Shown: positions 1 through 9,137 of the stretch, piece by piece
Numbering within the stretch: the stretch's first letter is position 1
Layout of the letters: each line of letters opens with the position of its first letter
Origin: a virus
Lineage: Duplodnaviria; Caudoviricetes
Direction: 5' to 3' (one strand)
IMG/VR virus record: IMGVR_UViG_3300048886_000261
Coordinates: 1-39,536 of that record
Length of the DNA stretch: 39,536 bases
Translations under genes and position numbers: made by a program
The notes under the pieces: model-generated
The model's input: the letters and a program-made list of their open reading frames with translations, nothing else
What the model was told of the DNA's origin: nothing
Database searches by the model: none

Positions 1-3000
1 AACGCACAGGATGTTCGTCTTGATGCACAGGAAGCCGCAGGCAATGTAAGTACGGCAGACTTGGCTGATGATGCTGTTGACGGAGACAAGATAGCTGCTA
101 ATGCTGTAGATTCAGAACATTATGTAGACGGTAGTATAGATAATGAACATATAGCAGATGATGCTATTAACTCTGAGCATTATGCGGCTGGAAGTATTGA
201 TCTTGAACATATGTCTGCTAACAGTGTTGATTCTGATCAATACGTTGATGGATCAATTGACTTAGCTCACATGTCTGCGAATAGTGTGGACAGTGATCAG
301 TATGTTGATGGATCAATAGATTCGGCACATATAGGTGCTGACCAAGTTATTACAGCAAAGATACTTGATTCTAATGTAACACTTCCAAAAATTGTAGATG
401 CATCTGCAACCAATAAAGTTCTTGGAAGAGTTGCTTCAGGTTCAGGTAACTGGGAAGAGGTAACTCTTGAGACTACACTTTCAAGTACCGATGAAGCTAT
501 ACCTACATCTAAGGCGGTAAGGGATGATATTGTTTCACTTGTTAATGACGTTGGTGGTTTCCATGCGATTGCTGATGACCAATCATTTCCTAATACTAAT
601 CCTGACCCAGATGATGGAGCAGGTACGGTAGTATCCATAGCTAACGCAGGTGGATTGGTAGTGAATGGTTCTGGGGTATCTACTACAGGACGTACATTAG
701 GTGCTTCGACTGTTACTATTAACGGTATTCCCTCTCCATATCAGGGTACAACGATTGCAGATTCTCTTGGTATGCATGTTATTTCTACAGTTACTTTGAA
801 TACTTATGCTTACCACAAGATCATTGCAAAGGAAGGTGACACTAATATAGTTTCCACTAATATAGCTAATGTGAATACGGTTGCAGGAATATCAAGTAAT
901 GTAACTACAGTCGCAGGAATTTCTGCTAACACGACTACGGTTGCAGGAATTTCTGGTAACGTAACTAGCGTGGCGGCAATAGCAAGTGATATAACGGCAG
1001 TGGCGGCAGATGCATCAGACATTGGAGCAGTGGCGGCAGATGCATCAGACATTGGGGCGGTTGCTGCCAAGGTTACCGAGATTGGAAGACTTGGCACAGC
1101 AGATGCAGTTGCTGATATGGCACTTTTAGGTCTACCAGCAGTAATCACTGATATGGATTTATTGGGTGCATCAGGTGTAATTGATGATATAGAAACCGTA
1201 TCTGATGATATCGCCAATGTGAACTTGACAGGTGGATCAATCGCAAACGTAAATACGGTAGCTGCTTCGATTGCTGATGTTAACCGTTATGCTAATGAAT
1301 ATACGGTTGGTGGGTCAGCACCGGGTTCTCCAGATGAAGGTGACTTATGGTACGATGAGGGTTCTGACCTTTTAAATGTATATTCTGCTGGTTCTTGGAG
1401 TCCTGTTTCTTCAGCAACATCTGGTATAACAGACTTGCATCAAGATGCTACGCCCCAGTTGGGTGGATTTTTAGATGCGAATGGTCATTACATCCAGATG
1501 CAAAAGGGGCCTGATATTGCCTCGGCTTCACCAACGGTAATTTTAACTACAGGAGATTTCTTCATCTGTACGGGTACAACTGGATTTTCAGCTTTCACCG
1601 TTGATGCTGATCGACATTTCTTTTTAGAGTTCGCTGGGGCATTAGTTATGACTCACGTTGCTGGCACTCTTGATCTTCCATCAGGAGATGATATAACTAC
1701 TGCGGCTGGTGATGTAGGTGAATTTGTTTCAACCGCATCGAATGTAGTTACTTGTGTTAATTATTCTAAGGCTTCTGGTAAACCAGTTAAAACAGACTTT
1801 GTTGATGCGGATATAAATGCTTCTGCCGCTATAGCAACTTCTAAATTATCAGGCGCAGTAACTTCAATTGCTAGTCATGGATTAGCTACTTCAGCGACAA
1901 CTGATACTACTAACGCTTCAAACATTGGTAGCGGTACATTACCAGATGGTAGATTCCCAGCTACGTTACCATCATCTTCAGGAGTTAATTTAACTGCCTT
2001 AAATGGTACTAACATTGGTAGTGGCACAGTTCCTACAGCAAGATTAGGAACTGGTACAGCCGATAGCACGAAATTCTTAAGAGGTGATAATTCTTGGCAG
2101 GTAGTTTCAATTCCAAAATTAGATTTACCAACAATAACTGGAACTATGTCAGTTCTTTCAGGTGGCACAGTAACACATACAATTACTAATTGGTCGGACG
2201 ATTTATCTTGGACGATTACACCAACTAACTGTACCGTAGGTACGGTAAACGGTTCTGGTGAATTTGTTATAACATCTACAGGTGGCGCACCTTCTTATAC
2301 AATTGTAGCCACTACAGATTCATTGGGTTTAGATGATTCAAATACAGTCACTAAGAATATAACATTACAACTAACTGCGCCTACTTTAAGTAGTCCTGCT
2401 GATTCCTACGAAGCTGTAAATGTTACCTACACCGTTACTTCCACTACGACTGACGATGACAAGATTATCTTAAATATAGGCTCATCAAATTTTACTTATC
2501 AAAGTGTATCGCACGGTGTAGGCAGTAAGGTAGGAAACACGGTTGAAGTAACAGGATTTTCAACCAATAACCCTGCTATAGTTATTCAATTCACAGCGGA
2601 AGCAACTTACTCTGTTACAGCTACATCTGCTAAAATTGATGGTAGTTTTACAACTTCTCCTGCTAGTGGTGCTGATAGCATTACTATTCTTAACCCCACG
2701 TTATCAGCACCTGCTATAAGTAGTCCTGCTGATGTTGGGACTGCTACAAATGTTGCGTACACAATCACTTCAAATGATGCTAACGATAATAAGCTTGTAT
2801 TAAATATAGGGTCATCTAATTTTACTTATGTAGGTGTCAGCGTTGGTTCAGGCAGTAAGGTAGGTAACACCGTTGAGTGTACTAGTTTTTCTACTAATAA
2901 TCCTGTAGTCACTATCCAGTATACTGCGGAAGCAACTTATTCAGTAACAGCGGCAGCTTACGATACCACAGGGTATTACCACGATTCAGCTAATAGTAGT

Positions 3001-3876
3001 GCTGACAGCATTATTATTTCTAACTATGCTTATGGAGGTACAAACTTTGGCTATTTTTGTGGTGGTTGGAATGGTGGCTGGCCCAGCACGACTAATGCGA
3101 TTGAAAAGTATTCTTACACTTCAGGAGCAAACGCAACCCCTGTAGGAACTATGACCTACACCGCTATGGCAATCGCTTGTGGACAATCAGACACATACGG
3201 ATACACGGGTGGTGGTTATCACGCTCCTGTTTATAGAAATCAGATGGGTAAGTATTCATTTTCTAGCGAAGGTGCGTCTAGTACTGTAGGCACTATGGTG
3301 ACATCGGCAGGATGGGTTAGTGGTGTTTCAAGCGAAACTCATTTTTATGTTCACGGTGGTGGTGGCAATGCCGAAAAAATAGGGAAAACTTCTTTTGCAT
3401 CTGGCGGTAATCTAGCCGTAACGTATAACGGAGGAAATAATATAGCAGATGGTGGTAGTTGTACCTCTCAATATTATGGTTATGCCGCTGGTGGCTCAAG
3501 TGCTGGAACAAATTATTATAGATATGCGTTTGCATCAGATACCTCCATAAGCGTCTATGGCACTATGCCCAGCGCCAAAGATGGTGTAGATGGTTGGTCA
3601 TCAAGTACAAAAGGCTATTTTGTCGGTGGTGCTACAGACGATATAAAAGGATTTACGTTTGCAAGTGGAGGATTACAAGCCGATGTAGGTGATTTGGTTA
3701 ACAGTAATTATTATTCAGCGACAACCTCTTCCACAACGTATGGTTATATCGCTGGGCAAGCACCTTCCTACAACAGCCTTATCCAGAGAATGTCGTTTTC
3801 TTCAGAAGGAGATGCTGTTGATACAACTTATGATCTTACAAAGAGCTATGGATATACAAATGGTTTTCAATATTGA
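1..3876 (+). CDS. Tail fibre / receptor-binding protein (5' end outside window)
   Basis: Frame is open from base 1. 20-aa and 10-aa repeats (NVTTVAGISA-type), GDLWYD motif, PQLGGFLDANG motif, duplicated beta-rich domain, C-terminal Gly/Tyr/Ser propeller-like repeats (GYxxGG...IEKYSY). Confidence 0.85.
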   Translation, partial: NAQDVRLDAQEAAGNVSTADLADDAVDGDKIAANAVDSEHYVDGSIDNEHIADDAINSEHYAAGSIDLEHMSANSVDSDQYVDGSIDLAHMSANSVDSDQYVDGSIDSAHIGADQVITAKILDSNVTLPKIVDASATNKVLGRVASGSGNWEEVTLETTLSSTDEAIPTSKAVRDDIVSLVNDVGGFHAIADDQSFPNTNPDPDDGAGTVVSIANAGGLVVNGSGVSTTGRTLGASTVTINGIPSPYQGTTIADSLGMHVISTVTLNTYAYHKIIAKEGDTNIVSTNIANVNTVAGISSNVTTVAGISANTTTVAGISGNVTSVAAIASDITAVAADASDIGAVAADASDIGAVAAKVTEIGRLGTADAVADMALLGLPAVITDMDLLGASGVIDDIETVSDDIANVNLTGGSIANVNTVAASIADVNRYANEYTVGGSAPGSPDEGDLWYDEGSDLLNVYSAGSWSPVSSATSGITDLHQDATPQLGGFLDANGHYIQMQKGPDIASASPTVILTTGDFFICTGTTGFSAFTVDADRHFFLEFAGALVMTHVAGTLDLPSGDDITTAAGDVGEFVSTASNVVTCVNYSKASGKPVKTDFVDADINASAAIATSKLSGAVTSIASHGLATSATTDTTNASNIGSGTLPDGRFPATLPSSSGVNLTALNGTNIGSGTVPTARLGTGTADSTKFLRGDNSWQVVSIPKLDLPTITGTMSVLSGGTVTHTITNWSDDLSWTITPTNCTVGTVNGSGEFVITSTGGAPSYTIVATTDSLGLDDSNTVTKNITLQLTAPTLSSPADSYEAVNVTYTVTSTTTDDDKIILNIGSSNFTYQSVSHGVGSKVGNTVEVTGFSTNNPAIVIQFTAEATYSVTATSAKIDGSFTTSPASGADSITILNPTLSAPAISSPADVGTATNVAYTITSNDANDNKLVLNIGSSNFTYVGVSVGSGSKVGNTVECTSFSTNNPVVTIQYTAEATYSVTAAAYDTTGYYHDSANSSADSIIISNYAYGGTNFGYFCGGWNGGWPSTTNAIEKYSYTSGANATPVGTMTYTAMAIACGQSDTYGYTGGGYHAPVYRNQMGKYSFSSEGASSTVGTMVTSAGWVSGVSSETHFYVHGGGGNAEKIGKTSFASGGNLAVTYNGGNNIADGGSCTSQYYGYAAGGSSAGTNYYRYAFASDTSISVYGTMPSAKDGVDGWSSSTKGYFVGGATDDIKGFTFASGGLQADVGDLVNSNYYSATTSSTTYGYIAGQAPSYNSLIQRMSFSSEGDAVDTTYDLTKSYGYTNGFQY
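94..333 (+). repeat. Four in-frame 60-nt (20-aa) tandem repeats in tail fibre
   Basis: Units resemble SANSVDSDQYVDGSIDLAHM; synonymous sites have diverged between copies. Confidence 0.9.
997..1056 (+). repeat. Near-perfect 30-nt tandem duplication (AVAADASDIG x2)
   Basis: gcagtggcggcagatgcatcagacattgg[a/g] twice, 29/30 identical. Confidence 0.95.
2371..3018 (+). repeat. Duplicated ~110-aa domain (330-nt period) in tail fibre
   Basis: SSPAD, LNIGSSNFTY, GSKVGNTVE, STNNP and TAEATYSVTA all recur 330 nt apart (e.g. 2521 and 2851). Confidence 0.92.
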
Positions 3877-4658
3877 CTGACTTAATTGTAAAAAAATTTA
3901 ATGGCTTTGAGAATCATCCGTCATATGGTGGTAAATCTCTTGCGACTAACTTAGCTAACGCCCAGAAAAGTATCGATAAGGTACGATACACAGATAGAAT
4001 ATGGGATAGGTCAAATTCGCAATGGATGGTAAAATTCCTGACTTGCTCGAATGCAGATGGATGGTTAAGGATGAGGCAGATTAGTGCGGAGATTTATTCT
4101 AAAAGAGCCGCACTTACTGAAGCACGTTTTAATTATATGAAAAGGCTGACAAAGGCAAGTATCAAGCGTGATGAAATGTTAGAAGAGGAGAGCGAGAATA
4201 AAAAATTACTATTAGAAATTGAAGCCGCTCAATTAGAACACGAAGCCTCTGAAACTTTATCATCAATGGAGGGGGCTTTGAAAGAGGTAGAAACGCTCGG
4301 CAAAATGCACGATGAATTGAAAGAACGGCTTGGTGAAATTACCGAAGAGGAGTTTGAAAAACAGCAAACAAAAGCCCATATTAAACGTGCAGTAATGCAA
4401 GCGGTTAGGGAGGTAAAAGAATGTGGCAAAATTAGATGTGGGAACGCTGAGTATTTAGAGCAAAGTGGATTATCCACATCAGCGATTCACGGAGAAATTA
4501 CTGCTTTTATAGAGAGGGAAACTAAGTCTGGAATTATTGATACCAGTATGCTTCATCAATTCTTAGATGCTATAGCAAATAAGTATGAAGGAGCCATTGT
4601 TCAACAAGCTGAATGGTTGGGGTTTGACCCTAAAGCAAGTATACACTTTACTAAGTAA
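3873..4658 (+). CDS. Coiled-coil hypothetical protein coupled to tail fibre
   Basis: 261-aa ORF, TTG start overlapping the tail fibre TGA; E/K-rich heptads. Confidence 0.8.
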   Translation: MTDLIVKKFNGFENHPSYGGKSLATNLANAQKSIDKVRYTDRIWDRSNSQWMVKFLTCSNADGWLRMRQISAEIYSKRAALTEARFNYMKRLTKASIKRDEMLEEESENKKLLLEIEAAQLEHEASETLSSMEGALKEVETLGKMHDELKERLGEITEEEFEKQQTKAHIKRAVMQAVREVKECGKIRCGNAEYLEQSGLSTSAIHGEITAFIERETKSGIIDTSMLHQFLDAIANKYEGAIVQQAEWLGFDPKASIHFTK

Positions 4659-4659
4659 T

Positions 4660-5253
4660 ATGTACAAAGTTGTAAGAGGTATTATATCGAAAGATTTGGC
4701 AAAGTTTTGTTACGATTATTTTTTGCTTAAGAGAAAAGTAGTTAGCTTTTTTCGTGAAATAAACTACCTTTCGCCACTTGATGAAAACTGGGGTGTTTGG
4801 AGTGATGGGCAAATCCCAGACACTTACAGCGTATACGGTGATTTTGTAATGGAAACTTTATTAGAAAAATTACATCCATGTATGGAAACAGAAACAGAAT
4901 TAAAATTATACCCAACTTATAGTTATGCCAGAATATATAAAAACGGAGATGTTCTTCACAGACACAAAGATAGAGCCAGTTGTAAAGTATCTACAACTGT
5001 AAATTTAGGTGGTGATGCTTGGCCTATATTTTTAGAGCCTTCTGGAGAATGTGGTAAAACAGGAATAAGCGTGTTGTTAGAAGCTGGTGATATGCTGATA
5101 TACGATGGATGTAAACTAGAGCATTGGCGAGAACCATTTGAAGGTGAAAATTGTGGGCAAGTGTTTTTGCATTATAACGATACGCCAGACAATAAATACG
5201 ACACAAGACCCTTTTTAGGGCTACCTCCGTATTTTAAGGGGATGAATGGGTGA
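4660..5253 (+). CDS. 2OG-Fe(II) oxygenase (phage type)
   Basis: PTYSYARIY, HKDR (HxD), EHWREPF, QVFLHY; ATG at 4660 immediately after the previous stop. Confidence 0.88.
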   Translation: MYKVVRGIISKDLAKFCYDYFLLKRKVVSFFREINYLSPLDENWGVWSDGQIPDTYSVYGDFVMETLLEKLHPCMETETELKLYPTYSYARIYKNGDVLHRHKDRASCKVSTTVNLGGDAWPIFLEPSGECGKTGISVLLEAGDMLIYDGCKLEHWREPFEGENCGQVFLHYNDTPDNKYDTRPFLGLPPYFKGMNG

Positions 5254-5838
5254 ATGTTTTATATATTTCCCAATGTAATTAGTCCTGATATTTGTGATGA
5301 AATTATTAAAGAGGGTAAACAACATATTTTAGAAAAGGCTGAAGTTTTTAACCGAGATAAAAAGTCATCAAGAGATGACCCTAATATTAGGAAAAGTTCA
5401 GTTTGTTTTATTGAGGGTAAAGAACACAAAATAAACCAACTTGCTTGGAATTTTATAAGACAAGCAAATAAAGAGTATTTTAAATATGATCTTGATTACT
5501 TTCAAGCCGTGCAATTTGCAGAATACAGTAAGGGGGGATTTTTCGATTGGCATCAAGATGATGTAGCTATGCGTGACGTTAGTGAAGTTAGGAAATTATC
5601 TTTCGGAGTCAATCTTTCTGACCCTGATACTTATGAGGGGGGAGAGTTGGAATTTTATAATGGCGGTAGACCTCTTGACGATATGGGAGAGATTAAAGGA
5701 GAGCAAGTAGTCAAAGACATTCAATCGCAGGGGACTGTTGTGGTTTTCGATAGCAGAGATTGGCACAGAGTTAAGCCAGTTACAAAAGGTTTGAGATACT
5801 CTATGGTATGTTGGACAGTTGGGAAAAATTTTATATAG
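5254..5838 (+). CDS. 2OG-Fe(II) oxygenase, prolyl 4-hydroxylase-like
   Basis: WHQD (HxD), RKLS, YEGGELEF, HRVKPVTKGLRYSMVCW (distal His and 2OG-binding Arg). Confidence 0.92.
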   Translation: MFYIFPNVISPDICDEIIKEGKQHILEKAEVFNRDKKSSRDDPNIRKSSVCFIEGKEHKINQLAWNFIRQANKEYFKYDLDYFQAVQFAEYSKGGFFDWHQDDVAMRDVSEVRKLSFGVNLSDPDTYEGGELEFYNGGRPLDDMGEIKGEQVVKDIQSQGTVVVFDSRDWHRVKPVTKGLRYSMVCWTVGKNFI

Positions 5839-5847
5839 GGGTAAAGT

Positions 5848-6159
5848 ATGGCAATCGTAGAATACAAATTACATCCAGTAGGCAGAGGGTTCGATATATG
5901 CAATAAGATACCTGAGTTTGTGACTGACGGTGGGTATTTCAATAATCCTGACGATCATACTTTTATTGGAATTGTTGATGATAATGCGGAGTATTATATA
6001 CCCGACACATTAACGACATTAACCTTAGAGCAGTTACAAACAAGACAACGAGCTATTCACGCTAAGTATCCAATGAAAAAAGTAGGGGAAATTCCAGAGG
6101 ATACTCTCACGGATGATGAGGTGAATGCTGCCGTGCAAGATTGGGTTGATTCCAGATGA
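5848..6159 (+). CDS. Hypothetical phage protein
   Basis: 103-aa ORF in operon, GGGG-type RBS. Confidence 0.75.
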   Translation: MAIVEYKLHPVGRGFDICNKIPEFVTDGGYFNNPDDHTFIGIVDDNAEYYIPDTLTTLTLEQLQTRQRAIHAKYPMKKVGEIPEDTLTDDEVNAAVQDWVDSR

Positions 6160-6248
6160 AAATTTTCATCTGGATTTTAACTGGGGCAACGGTTGTAGGT
6201 GTTGGTTTGTTTGTGGCTTATGTGATAGCAATGGCGAGGATACATTAA
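6156..6248 (+). CDS. 30-aa membrane micro-protein
   Basis: MKIFIWILTGATVVGVGLFVAYVIAMARIH; ATGA overlap with upstream stop; below the ORF-track cutoff. Confidence 0.6.
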   Translation: MKIFIWILTGATVVGVGLFVAYVIAMARIH

Positions 6249-6362
6249 ATGGAAGTATTAGATATATGGAATGGATTGGGATATATAGAAGGGTTTTTGT
6301 TTTCGCTATGGATAGGGCTTATGTATTATGCTAAGTGTTGGGTGGACAATCGGTTCAAATGA
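6249..6362 (+). CDS. 37-aa membrane micro-protein
   Basis: MEVLDIWNGLGYIEGFLFSLWIGLMYYAKCWVDNRFK; starts directly after the previous TAA. Confidence 0.6.
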   Translation: MEVLDIWNGLGYIEGFLFSLWIGLMYYAKCWVDNRFK

Positions 6363-6460
6363 TGAACACTTTGTTCCACGAAGAAATACTAAAAAAATTA
6401 GATCAAATTTTAGCAGCTATTAAAAAACTTATAAAAATTTTGGGTGGAAAGGATGAATAG
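6359..6460 (+). CDS. 33-aa amphipathic helical micro-protein
   Basis: MMNTLFHEEILKKLDQILAAIKKLIKILGGKDE; ATGA overlap. Confidence 0.55.
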   Translation: MMNTLFHEEILKKLDQILAAIKKLIKILGGKDE

Positions 6461-6611
6461 ATATTTATGTTTAATATTAGGATTTATCTTAACGACTCAG
6501 TTAGGGTGTGCAATTGTGAATACTGCCATTGGTTCTTTTGTTGGCAACTCAGTAGCTGAAATGGTGCATGAAGAATTTAAAGATAACAAAAATGACAGAG
6601 AAAAAAAATGA
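6453..6611 (+). CDS. 52-aa putative lipoprotein
   Basis: MNRYLCLILGFILTTQLGC: signal peptide with lipobox-like QLGC; overlaps neighbours on both sides. Confidence 0.6.
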   Translation: MNRYLCLILGFILTTQLGCAIVNTAIGSFVGNSVAEMVHEEFKDNKNDREKK

Positions 6612-6934
6612 CAGATGCCTTTAACAAAGTTGGTACAACAAAGCGAAGGAGTAAAAGAAAAGGTATGAGTGGATCAAAAAGTATAGACGCTCTGAAAGAG
6701 TTCATCAACGAAAAGTTTGATAATCACGAAGAGCTTGAGGCTTTAAGGTTTAAGCGTATAGATGAGTTGATTACTTCTTTTGGTAAGGAAATAGATTCTA
6801 ACGAGGAAACTATTAAGAGAGTACACACTAGAGTTGATCGGATAGAAACTAGGATTAAAACTGTTCAAGGTATGGGTACTGCTGTTGCTACTGCATTGGG
6901 TGCTGTAGCCGCTTGGTTGGGTATGTCTAAATAA
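6608..6934 (+). CDS. Coiled-coil protein with C-terminal TM helix (XhlA/holin-like)
   Basis: Heptad region (RVHTRVDRIETRI) followed by hydrophobic C-terminus; sits in the lysis cluster. Confidence 0.6.
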   Translation: MTDAFNKVGTTKRRSKRKGMSGSKSIDALKEFINEKFDNHEELEALRFKRIDELITSFGKEIDSNEETIKRVHTRVDRIETRIKTVQGMGTAVATALGAVAAWLGMSK

Positions 6935-6950
6935 TTTAAAGGAGAACTAA

Positions 6951-7151
6951 ATGTCTAAGATGATGGGTATGGCAATAGGTGCAATTGATAATTTTATGCC
7001 GGGTTATAAGACGTATGCAATATGGATTATAGCTATGGGAATGATGGGCTGTCAGATGATGGGTTATCATACATTTACCACAGAGATGTGGGGCATGGTT
7101 GGTGTAACTGGTATGGGTACGTGGAAGATGGGACAAGATAGAAAGGGGTAA
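6951..7151 (+). CDS. Putative holin (2 TM helices)
   Basis: AAGGAG RBS; GYKTY motif followed by two hydrophobic segments and a basic tail. Confidence 0.6.
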   Translation: MSKMMGMAIGAIDNFMPGYKTYAIWIIAMGMMGCQMMGYHTFTTEMWGMVGVTGMGTWKMGQDRKG

Positions 7152-7154
7152 ATA

Positions 7155-7196
7155 ATGTTTGGTATTTTATTTTGGTATTTAAACAGAGGTAAGTAA
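7155..7196 (+). CDS. 13-aa peptide resembling the i-spanin anchor
   Basis: MFGILFWYLNRGK; AAGGGG RBS; TAATG coupling to the next gene. Confidence 0.4.
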   Translation: MFGILFWYLNRGK

Positions 7197-7411
7197 TGTT
7201 TCAAGCATTATCAGCAGCTTTGGGTATTTTATTTTGGTTCTTGAAACGAAAGAAGGCTAGATCTTATGGAGACTGGAAGACAGACATTAAGGAAGTTAAT
7301 AAGGCAATCGCTGAAGGTGACGATACTGCTCTCACTCTTGCTTTTGACAAGTTGCGGTTGGAGTCGCACAGTAGTGATACCAAGCGACAGGACGGTGACG
7401 TGTCCAGATGA
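7196..7411 (+). CDS. Putative inner-membrane spanin (Rz-like)
   Basis: N-terminal TM helix then helical region; overlapped by a lipoprotein ORF in another frame. Confidence 0.6.
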   Translation: MFQALSAALGILFWFLKRKKARSYGDWKTDIKEVNKAIAEGDDTALTLAFDKLRLESHSSDTKRQDGDVSR

Positions 7412-7511
7412 TATAACAAAACCATGTCAGGTAAGTAAAGCTTGGTTGCTTGAACGCTACGAAACTGAACGTGGCTTGTTGAAACAGTTGGAAGAGTGCA
7501 GGGAGAAATAG
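7266..7511 (+). CDS. Putative outer-membrane spanin lipoprotein (Rz1-like)
   Basis: Lipobox LLLLTSC-G plus further Cys; overlapped architecture with the Rz-like gene. Confidence 0.65.
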   Translation: METGRQTLRKLIRQSLKVTILLSLLLLTSCGWSRTVVIPSDRTVTCPDDITKPCQVSKAWLLERYETERGLLKQLEECREK

Positions 7512-7512
7512 C

Positions 7513-8001
7513 GTGGGTGACATATTTAATCAAGCAATAAAAACAACTGGTGATGCTAAGAGAGAATCTGGTGAAAATATTACATGGGCAGATGTTGACT
7601 ATGATAAATTACGTGCCAGTAGGTTGTCTAATCCTAACATAACCAGTTGGTCTGCTAGACCTAGAGATGGTGGGACGAATGCCGAGCATCTGGCAACGAA
7701 TATTAAAGTTAATGATAGTAAAGGTGGCGTTGGAGGTATGGTATTCCCATCTACTGAAGAGGTAAGACAGTCATTAAGAGATGATATCGTTCCTCAGACT
7801 AATTATCACGTAGATCCTTATATTGGTTTTTCTGAAGCGTTTATGGCAAATCAACCAACACCACTTCCTTCGTCACAGGGTTCAGTCAGCCCTATATCAC
7901 AGGCTAGAGATTCACAAGCAGATAATACTACTGAGTACATGGGTAGACCTTTATCAGATGATGATGATAATGATACCCCAAGGGTAGGACAAATATTATG
8001 A
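7513..8001 (+). CDS. Hypothetical protein
   Basis: 162-aa ORF, GGAG RBS, GTG start. Confidence 0.7.
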   Translation: MGDIFNQAIKTTGDAKRESGENITWADVDYDKLRASRLSNPNITSWSARPRDGGTNAEHLATNIKVNDSKGGVGGMVFPSTEEVRQSLRDDIVPQTNYHVDPYIGFSEAFMANQPTPLPSSQGSVSPISQARDSQADNTTEYMGRPLSDDDDNDTPRVGQIL

Positions 8002-8357
8002 TACGTAGAAAAAAAACAAATAAATTCTTAGCCATATTGCTTCTTGTGGCATTTTTTATTACATTTTACTTAATTGGTGGTGCGAGAGCTGACGATGATA
8101 AATTAGAAGTTCCTCCTCCTATGGAGATTAGGAACTATGAACCACAAGCTAACCAATTGATGATAGTAACCTACGCCAATGAGCGTGTATTTATATATAG
8201 GATAGAGAAGATTATTCCTAAGCCAGACTGCAATCAAGTTAAGATTGATAACGATGATAGGGTTAGAATCACAACTCAAGCAGTAAGTCAGGCATATGAA
8301 TATATACTGGAACCCATGCCAATCATGGTAAGTGAGTGGGTACAGTATGATAACTGA
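7998..8357 (+). CDS. Secreted / membrane-anchored hypothetical protein
   Basis: Basic N-terminus, hydrophobic stretch and ARA cleavage-like site. Confidence 0.7.
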   Translation: MIRRKKTNKFLAILLLVAFFITFYLIGGARADDDKLEVPPPMEIRNYEPQANQLMIVTYANERVFIYRIEKIIPKPDCNQVKIDNDDRVRITTQAVSQAYEYILEPMPIMVSEWVQYDN

Positions 8358-8536
8358 TGTGGCTTTTGCTACTTGTTCTCTTTAGTGGCCCAATGCAAAT
8401 TGAACGAGTAGAAATATTACAAACGCATTGGGACGAGAAACAATGTGTACGCATGGCTAATCAAGCAAAAAAAAATGATTTGCCAGACAATGCAAACATA
8501 GGTTGTGTTTACGTAGGATCTATAAAGAAGACTTAG
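8357..8536 (+). CDS. 59-aa hypothetical protein with hydrophobic N-terminus and Cys pair
   Basis: MWLLLLVLFSGP...KQC...IGCVY; TGATG coupling; fills the gap exactly. Confidence 0.65.
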   Translation: MWLLLLVLFSGPMQIERVEILQTHWDEKQCVRMANQAKKNDLPDNANIGCVYVGSIKKT

Positions 8537-8537
8537 T

Positions 8538-9137
8538 ATGTATAGTGCAGATTATGCAGGACGGATATGGTTAGACAAGGATACATTCTTGGCTCCATTC
8601 GGACATTTTGATGCAGACTACAGATTCGTAATTAATTTTTTACGTGATCAAAGAGTATCAAGTCAGACATACCATGATGGTATGGACGAGAAGCAGCTTC
8701 TACATCAATATTCTGAGTACATGAAGAATGGATTTTCATGGATAGGTTTCCATGATGGTAAACGAGCAGGGTTTTTTGTATTACAAGTTATCAGTATGAA
8801 GCCTATTATATTCGCTATACATGGTGGAATAGATCCAAATTTAAGACGAACCAAGATGGCACAGAAAGCTTGTGGATTCATAAAACATTTTGCGTTTGAT
8901 CAGAAAATGGCAACAAAGATAGAAGGATATATAGCATCACCTAACAGGTTGATCGTGCGTTTCTTTGATAAATGCGGAATGAAAAAGGAATGTGAGGTTA
9001 GGGATAGGATCAGCATTGATGGCAATCTTTATCCGTTGCAGATTTATAGCATTACCCATGATGAGTACAAGGTAACGAACACAAAGAAAACTAAGAAGTC
9101 TAAGAAAAAGAAACGTGGATCAGTACCTATCTTATGA
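8538..9137 (+). CDS. GNAT-family acetyltransferase (RimJ/RimL-like)
   Basis: IDPNLRRTKMA (motif A-like), N-x5-FFDKCGMKKE (motif B); Lys-rich tail. Confidence 0.7.
   Translation: MYSADYAGRIWLDKDTFLAPFGHFDADYRFVINFLRDQRVSSQTYHDGMDEKQLLHQYSEYMKNGFSWIGFHDGKRAGFFVLQVISMKPIIFAIHGGIDPNLRRTKMAQKACGFIKHFAFDQKMATKIEGYIASPNRLIVRFFDKCGMKKECEVRDRISIDGNLYPLQIYSITHDEYKVTNTKKTKKSKKKKRGSVPIL

Noticed and set aside
94-1056. CRISPR-like array
   Set aside because: Repeats are in-frame coding repeats without unique spacers
3019-3876. Diversity-generating retroelement acting on the fibre tip
   Set aside because: No reverse transcriptase and no template/variable repeat pair seen in the window
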